Below are positions 56,901-64,000 of a DNA stretch of 64,000 nucleotides, in pieces. The DNA comes from the human T2T-CHM13v2.0 reference genome, Homo sapiens. Numbering within the stretch: the stretch's first letter is position 1; every line of letters begins with the position of its first letter. Under the pieces are notes generated by a model. The model was not told where the DNA came from and made no database searches. It saw only the letters and a list, made by a program, of their open reading frames with translations. A program made the position numbers and the translations under genes. The stretch lies in assembly GCF_009914755.1 (NCBI RefSeq), contig NC_060940.1, one strand, 5' to 3'.

Positions 56901-59900
56901 ATTCCATTCGATGTTGATTCTGTTCAAATCCATTCGATGATTCCACTCGATTCCATTCGTTGACTCCATTTGATCCCATTCGATGATTTCCTTTGATTCC
57001 CTTTGATGATCATTCCATTTGATTCAATTCGGTGATTTCATTGGATTCCATTCAGTGATGTTTCCATTCGACTCCATTCGATGATGATTCCATTCGACTC
57101 CATTCGATTATGATTTCATTCAATTCCATTCGATAATGATTCCCTTCGAGTCCATTCGATGATTCCATTCGATTCCATTCAACGATGATTTGATTCGTGT
57201 CCATTCGATGATTCCATTTGATTCCACTTGATGATGATTCCATTCGAGTCCATTTGATGATTCCATTCAATTCCATACTCCGATGATTTCTTTTGAGCCC
57301 ACTCAATGCTTCCACTCGATTCCATATGATGATGACTCCATTCGATGAAATTCGATGATGATTCCATTCGCTTGCTTTCGATGATGATTCCACTTGAGTC
57401 CGTTAGAAGATTCTATTCAATTACATTCCATGACGATTCCGTTCGAGTCCATTTGATGATTCCATTAGACTCCATTCGACGATGATTCCATTCGATGTTA
57501 TTCGATGATTCCATTCGATCTCATTCGATGATGATTCCATTCAACTCCATTCGATGTTTCCATTCGAGTTCATTCTATTATTCCATTAGATTCCATTCGA
57601 TGATGATTCCATTCGATTCCATTTGATGATTGCATTCTATTTCATTTGATGATGATTCCATTCGAGTCCACTCGATGATTCCATTCGAGTCCATTTAATG
57701 AATCCATTGGTTTCAATTCTATGATGATTACATTGGATTCCATTCGTTGATGATTTCATTCGGTTCCATTCAATGATGATTCCATTCAATTCCTTTCAAT
57801 GTTTCCATTCAATTCCATACGATGATGATTCCATTTGATTTGATTCGACAGTGAGCCATTCGATTCAATTCCATGATGATTCTATTTGATTCAATTGGTT
57901 GACATTTCCATTCGATTCCATTCGATGATGATTCCCTTTGATTCCGTTCAAAGATGATTCCATTCTAGCCCATTCAATCATTCCATTCGATTCTATTCAA
58001 TGATGATTCCATTCATGTCGATTTGGTGATTCCATTTGACTTCATTTGATGATGATTCCTTTCAAGTTCATTAGATGATTCCATTCGATTCCATTTGATG
58101 ATGATCCCATTCGAGTCCATTCAGTGATTCCATTCGTTTCCATTCCATGATGATTCCATTCCTTTCCATTCAATGATTCCATTCGATTCCGTTTGATGAT
58201 GATTTCATTCGAGTCCATTTGATGATTCCATTTGATTCCATTCGATGATGATTCCATTCGAGTCCATTCGATGATTCTATTCGAATCCATTTGATGATTT
58301 CTTTTGATTATATTTGGTGATGATTCCATTGGAGTCCATTCAATGATTCCATTCTATTCCAATCGATGATGATTCCATTAGAGTCCATTTAATGATTCCA
58401 TTTGATTCCAGTCTCTGATGATTACATTCGAGTCCATACGATGATTCCACTCAATTCCATATGATGATGATTCCATTTGATTCCATTCGGTGATTCCGTT
58501 CTATTCTATTCAATGGTGATTCCATTCGAGTACATTAGATGATTCCATTCGATTCCATTCAATGATGATTCTATTTGTGTCCCTTAGATGATTCCACATG
58601 ATTCCATTAGATGATGATACTATTTGAGCCCATCCAATGATTCCCTTCGATTCCATTCGATGAGGATTCCATTCGATTCAATTCATTGGTGATTCTATTC
58701 AATTCAATTCTTTGATTCCATTCCATTCCATTCGACAATGATTCCATTCGATTTCTTTCGATGATTCCACTCGATTCCACTTGACATTGATTCCATTCGA
58801 TTCCATTCAATGATTCCATTTGATTCCAGTGGATGATGATTGCCATCGATTCCATTCGATCACTCCATTCTATTCCATTTGATGATGATTACATTCGATT
58901 CCATTTGATGATTCCATCTGATTCTATTCGAGGATTCCATTTGATTCCATTCGATGATGATTCCATTCGAGTCCATTCGATGATTTCATTCGAGTACATC
59001 CAATGATTCCATTCGAGTCCATTAGATGATTCCATTTGATTCCATTTGAAAATGATTCTACTAGAGTCCATTCAATGACTCCATTCGAGTCCATTCAACA
59101 GTTCCATTCGACTCCATTCGATGATTCCATTCGATTCCATTTGATGGTTCCATTCGAGTCCATTTAATCATTACAGTCGAGTCCATTTGGTGATTCCACT
59201 GGATTTCTTTTGATAATGATACCATTCAATTACATTTGATGATGATCCCATTCAATTTCATTTGATGATGATTCCATTAGAGTCCATTCGATGATTTCAT
59301 TCGAGTCCCTTCATTGATTCCATCCGATTTCATTGGATGATGACTCCATTCGAGTCCATTCGATGATTCCACTCGATTCCATTAGATGACTCCATTGGAG
59401 TCCATTTGATTGTTCCATTCGATTCCATTCGATTCCTTTCGAAGATTATTCCATTTGAGTCCATTCGATGATGATTCCATTCCATTCCATTCGATGATTC
59501 CGTTTGATTCCATTCGATGATTCCCTTCGATTCCTTTCTTTGATGATTCCATTCCATTCCATTCAATGATTCCATTCGAATCTATTCCATGATGATTCCT
59601 TTCGATTCCATTCGCTGATGTTTCCGTTCAATTCCATTCGATGATGATTCCATTCGATTCCATTCATTGAGGATTCCATTTGATTCCATTCAATGATGAT
59701 TCCATTCTATTCCATTCAATGATTGCATTCAATTCCATTCAATGATTATCCCCTTAGAGTAAACTCAACGATTCCATTCAATACCATTCGATGATGATTC
59801 CTTTTGAGTCCATTCAATGATTTCATTCAAGTCCATTTGATGATTCCTTTCAATTCCATTCTATGATGATTCCATTCGAGTCCATTCGATGATTCCATTC

Positions 59901-60058
59901 GATTGCATTCGATGATTCCATTATATTCCATTCAACGGTGATTCCATTCGAGTCCATTCCATGATTCCATTAGAGTACATTTAATGATTGCTTTGTTTTC
60001 AATTCGAAGATGATTACATTGGATTCCATTCTATGATACCATTCGATTCCATTCAATG
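53947..60058 (+). repeat. Unit U10, full length (6,112 bp)
   Basis: Anchors 54623 to 60735 differ by 6112. Confidence 0.93.
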
Positions 60059-63000
60059 ATGATTCCACTCAAATCCATTGGATGATTCCATTCGTGTCCA
60101 TTCGGTGATTTCATTAGATTCCATTCGAGGATGATTCCATTCGATTCCATTCGATGATTCCATTCAATTCCATTCGATGATGATTCCATTCCAGTCCATA
60201 TGATCATTCCATTTGATTTCATTCGATGATGATTCCATTCGATTCCATTCGACGATTCCATTCTATTCCATTCGATGATGATTCCATTCGAGTCCATTCG
60301 ATGATTCCATTCGAGTCCATTTAATGATTCCATTGGGTTCAATTCAATGATGATTACATTGGATTCCGTTCTATGATTCCATTCAACTCCGTTCATTGAC
60401 AATTTGATTCCATTCGATGATGATTCCATTTGAGTTCATTCGATGATTCTATTCGATTCTCTTCGATGGTGATTCAATTCTATTATATTGGATGATTCCA
60501 TTCGATTCCATTTGATGTTGATTCAATTCGATTCTATTCGATGATGATTCCATTGGATTTCACTTGATGATTCTATTCGATTCCATTCAATGATGATTCA
60601 CTTCTCGTCCATTGGATGATTCCATTTCATTCCATTCGATGATGATTCCATTCGATTCCATTCGATGATTCCATTTGATTCCATGCGACGGTGAGCAATT
60701 CGATTCAATTCCATGATGATTCTATTTGATTCAATTAGATGATGTTTCCATTCGAATCCATTCCATGATTATTCCATTGGAATCCATTCGGCGATGATTC
60801 CATATGAGTCAATTCAATGATGATTCCATATGGGTCCGTTCGATGATAATTCCATTTGATTTCATTCGATGCTTCTATTCTATTCCAGTCGATGATGATT
60901 CCGTTGGAGTCCATACGATGATTCCATTTGATTTCATTTGATGATGATTCCATTCGATGATGATTACATTGGATTCCATTCTATGATTCCATTCAATTCC
61001 ATTCGTTGATGATTCGATTCCATTCAATGATGATTCCATTTGAGTTCATTCGATGATTCTATTCGATTCCGTTCGATGGTGATTCAATTCTATTATATTG
61101 GATGATTCCACTCGATTCCATTTGATGATTATTCCATTGGAGTCCACTTAGTGAATCCTTTAGATTCTACTCGACGATGATTCCATTCGAGTCCATTCGA
61201 TGATACCATTCAATTCCATTCGTTGATGCTTCCATTCAAGTGCATTCGATGATATCATTCGATTCCATTTGATGATAATTCCATTTGATTCCATGCGATG
61301 ATTCTATTCGATTCCATTCAATGATAATTCCATTCAATTCAGTGATTCCTCTGGACTCCATTTGATGATGATTCCATTCAATGATTCCATTCGATTCTAT
61401 TCGAAAATGATTCCATTTGAATCCATTTGATGATGATTCCATTAGATTCCATTTGATGATTCCATTCGATTCCATTCGACGATGATTCCATTCGATTCCG
61501 TTTGATGATTCCATTCTATTCTATTCGATGATGATTCCATTCGATTCCATTCGATGATGATTGGATTCGATTCCATTTGATGATTTCATTTGATTCCATT
61601 CGTTAATGATTTCGATCAATTCCATTCGATGATTCCATTCGATTCCATTCGATAATGATTACATCCGAGTCCATTCGATGATTCCCTTTGAGCCTGTTCG
61701 ATAATTCCATTTGAGTCCAACCAATGATTCCATTCATTTCCATTCAATGATTCCATTCGAGTCCATTTGATCATTCCGGTAGGGTCCATTCGATGTTGAT
61801 TCCATTGGAGTGCATTCGATGATTCCATTCGAGTCCATTTTAGGATTTGATTCGAGTCCTTTCGATGATTCCATTCGATTCCACTCGATGATGATTTCAT
61901 TCGAGTCCATTCGACACTTCCAATCGATTCCATTTGATGATTCCATTCGAGTCCAATTGATGATTCCATTCAATTCCATTCGATGATGATTCCGTACGAT
62001 TCCATTCTGTGATGATTCCATGTGATTGCATTCAATGATGATTCCTTTCGATTGCATTCGATTATGATTCATTTCGTGTTCATTCTATGGTTCCACAGGT
62101 TTCCATTCGTGTCCATTCCATTATTCCATTCTATTCCATTTGATGATGATTCCATTCGATTCCATTCATTGGTGATTCCACTCAATTCCATTCAATGATT
62201 CCATTCCATTTCTTTCAACAATGATTCCATTAGTTTCTAATCGATGATCCACTTGATTCCATTTGACGACGATTCCATTCTTGTCCATTCGATGATTCCA
62301 TTTGATTCCATATGATGATGATTCCATTCGATTCCATACCATGATGATTCCATTCGAGTCCATTCAATGGTGATTCCATTCAATTCCATTCGATGATTCC
62401 TTTCGATTCCATTCGATGATGATGGCATTCGATTCCTTTCAATCATTCCCTTTGATTCCATTCCAAGGTGATTTCATTCAAGTCCATTCGATAATTGCAT
62501 TCGATTCCATTCTATGATGATTCCATTCGAGTCCATTTGATGATTCCATTCAATTCAAGTCAATGATGATTCCATTCGATTCCATTCGATGATTCCATTG
62601 GATTCCATTCGATGATGATTCCATTCAAATCCATTCGATAATTCAATTCAAGTCCATTCGATGATGATTCCAATCGAATCCATTCAAAGATTCCATTCAG
62701 TTCCATTCGATGATTCCCTTAGATTCCATTCGATGATTCCACTTGATTGCATTTACGATGATTCCATTCGATTCCATGTGATGATTCCATTCAATTCTAT
62801 TCAATGATGTCTCCATTTGATTCCATTCGACCATGATTGCCTTTGATTCCATTCAATGATTCCATTCGGTTCCGTTTGATGATGATTCCGTTCGATTCCA
62901 TTTGATGATTCCATTTGATTCCATTGGATGAGTCCATTCGATTACATTCGATGATTATTCCATTCGAGTGCATTAGATGATTCCATTCGAGTCCATTCGA

Positions 63001-64000
63001 TGATTCCATTCGATTCCATTCGATGTTGATTCTGTTCAAATCCATTCGATGATTCCACTCGATTCCATTCGTTGACTCCATTTGATCCCATTCGATGATT
63101 TCCTTTGATTCCCTTTGATGATCATTCCATTTGATTCAATTCGGTGATTTCATTTGATTCCATTCAGTGATGTTTCCACTCGACTCCATTCGATGATGAT
63201 TCCATTCGACTCCATTCGATTATGATTTCATTCAATTCCATTCGATAATGATTCCCTTCGAGTCCATTCGATGATTCCATTCGATTCCATTCAACGATGA
63301 TTTGATTCGTGTCCATTCGATGATTCCATTTGATTCCACTTGATGATGATTCCATTCGAGTCCATTTGATGATTCCATTCAATTCCATACTCCGATGATT
63401 TCTTTTGAGCCCACTCAATGCTTCCACTCGATTCCATATGATGATGACTCCATTCGATGAAATTCGATGATGATTCCATTCGCTTGCTTTCGATGATGAT
63501 TCCAGTTGAGTCCGTTAGAAGATTCTATTCAATTACATTCCATGACGATTCCGTTCGAGTCCATTTGATGATTCCATTAGACTCCATTCGACGATGATTC
63601 CATTCGATGTTATTCGATGATTCCATTCGATCTCATTCGATGATGATTCCATTCAACTCCATTCGATGTTTCCATTCGAGTTCATTCTATTATTCCATTA
63701 GATTCCATTCGATGATGATTCCATTCGATTCCATTTGATGATTGCATTCTATTTCATTTGATGATGATTCCATTCGAGTCCACTCGATGATTCCATTCGA
63801 GTCCATTTAATGAATCCATTGGTTTCAATTCTATGATGATTACATTGGATTCCATTCGTTGATGATTTCATTCGGTCCCATTCAATGATGATTCCATTCA
63901 ATTCCTTTCAATGTTTCCATTCAATTCCATACGATGATGATTCCATTTGATTTGATTCGACAGTGAGCCATTCGATTCAATTCCATGATGATTCTATTTG
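60059..64000 (+). repeat. Unit U11, partial (cut by window end), non-deleted type
   Basis: Anchor at 60735; the window ends inside the segment missing from short units (GACAGTGAGCCATTCG at ~63959). Confidence 0.92.

Larger units (their letters stand above)
1..64000 (+). repeat. Human satellite 2 (HSat2/HSATII) array, CATTC strand on +, probably HSat2B subfamily (chr16q11.2-type)
   Basis: Continuous degenerate ATTCCATTCGATTCCATTCGATG(ATG) 23/26-bp monomers, with abundant CATTCGATTC, GAGTCCATTC and TCGA sites, typical of HSat2 rather than pure (CATTC)n HSat3. The subfamily call rests on the ~6.1-kb period and is less certain than the family call. Confidence 0.96.

Noticed and set aside
677-63479. 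Many 60-132 aa minus-strand ORFs as protein-coding genes
   Set aside because: They are overlapping low-complexity translations of the satellite in all frames, have no recognisable domains, and are freely broken by variants (e.g. stop at ~41825, truncation at 3183).
1-64000. CRISPR-like repeat/spacer array or another programmable repeat system
   Set aside because: There are no unique spacers, leader or associated genes; all intervening sequence is degenerate satellite repeated every unit.
1-64000. HSat3, alpha satellite or telomeric repeat
   Set aside because: Only very short (CATTC)n runs (e.g. ~4398-4412); no 171-bp period, CENP-B box or TTAGGG tracts seen.
1-64000. Embedded Alu/L1/LTR insertion or an inversion
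   Set aside because: All unit length differences are explained by the 374-bp, 1-bp and 62-bp events; no poly-A, foreign sequence or switch to a GAATG-rich + strand was seen.

Overview
The whole 64 kb window is one uninterrupted, single-orientation array of human classical satellite 2 (HSat2/HSATII; CATTC-rich + strand, degenerate CATTCGATTC with GATGAT spacers, ~23/26-bp monomers). It is organised as a highly homogeneous 6,112-bp unit repeated ~10.6 times, a period consistent with the HSat2B subfamily of chr16 pericentromeric heterochromatin. I found no genes, RNA genes, transposon insertions or inversions, and all minus-strand ORFs look like translation artefacts of the satellite. I cannot support a new gene-based biological system here. 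The notable content is structural: unit lengths run 5737, 6112, 6112, 5737, 6112, 6112, 5738, 6174, 6112, 6112. There is a near-perfect 17,961-bp three-unit tandem duplication, a 374-bp microhomology-flanked deletion in three units, a 62-bp local duplication, a divergent ~600-bp patch, mosaic sharing of variants between units, and older sub-repeats inside the unit. Comparisons were made by eye, so variant lists may be incomplete.
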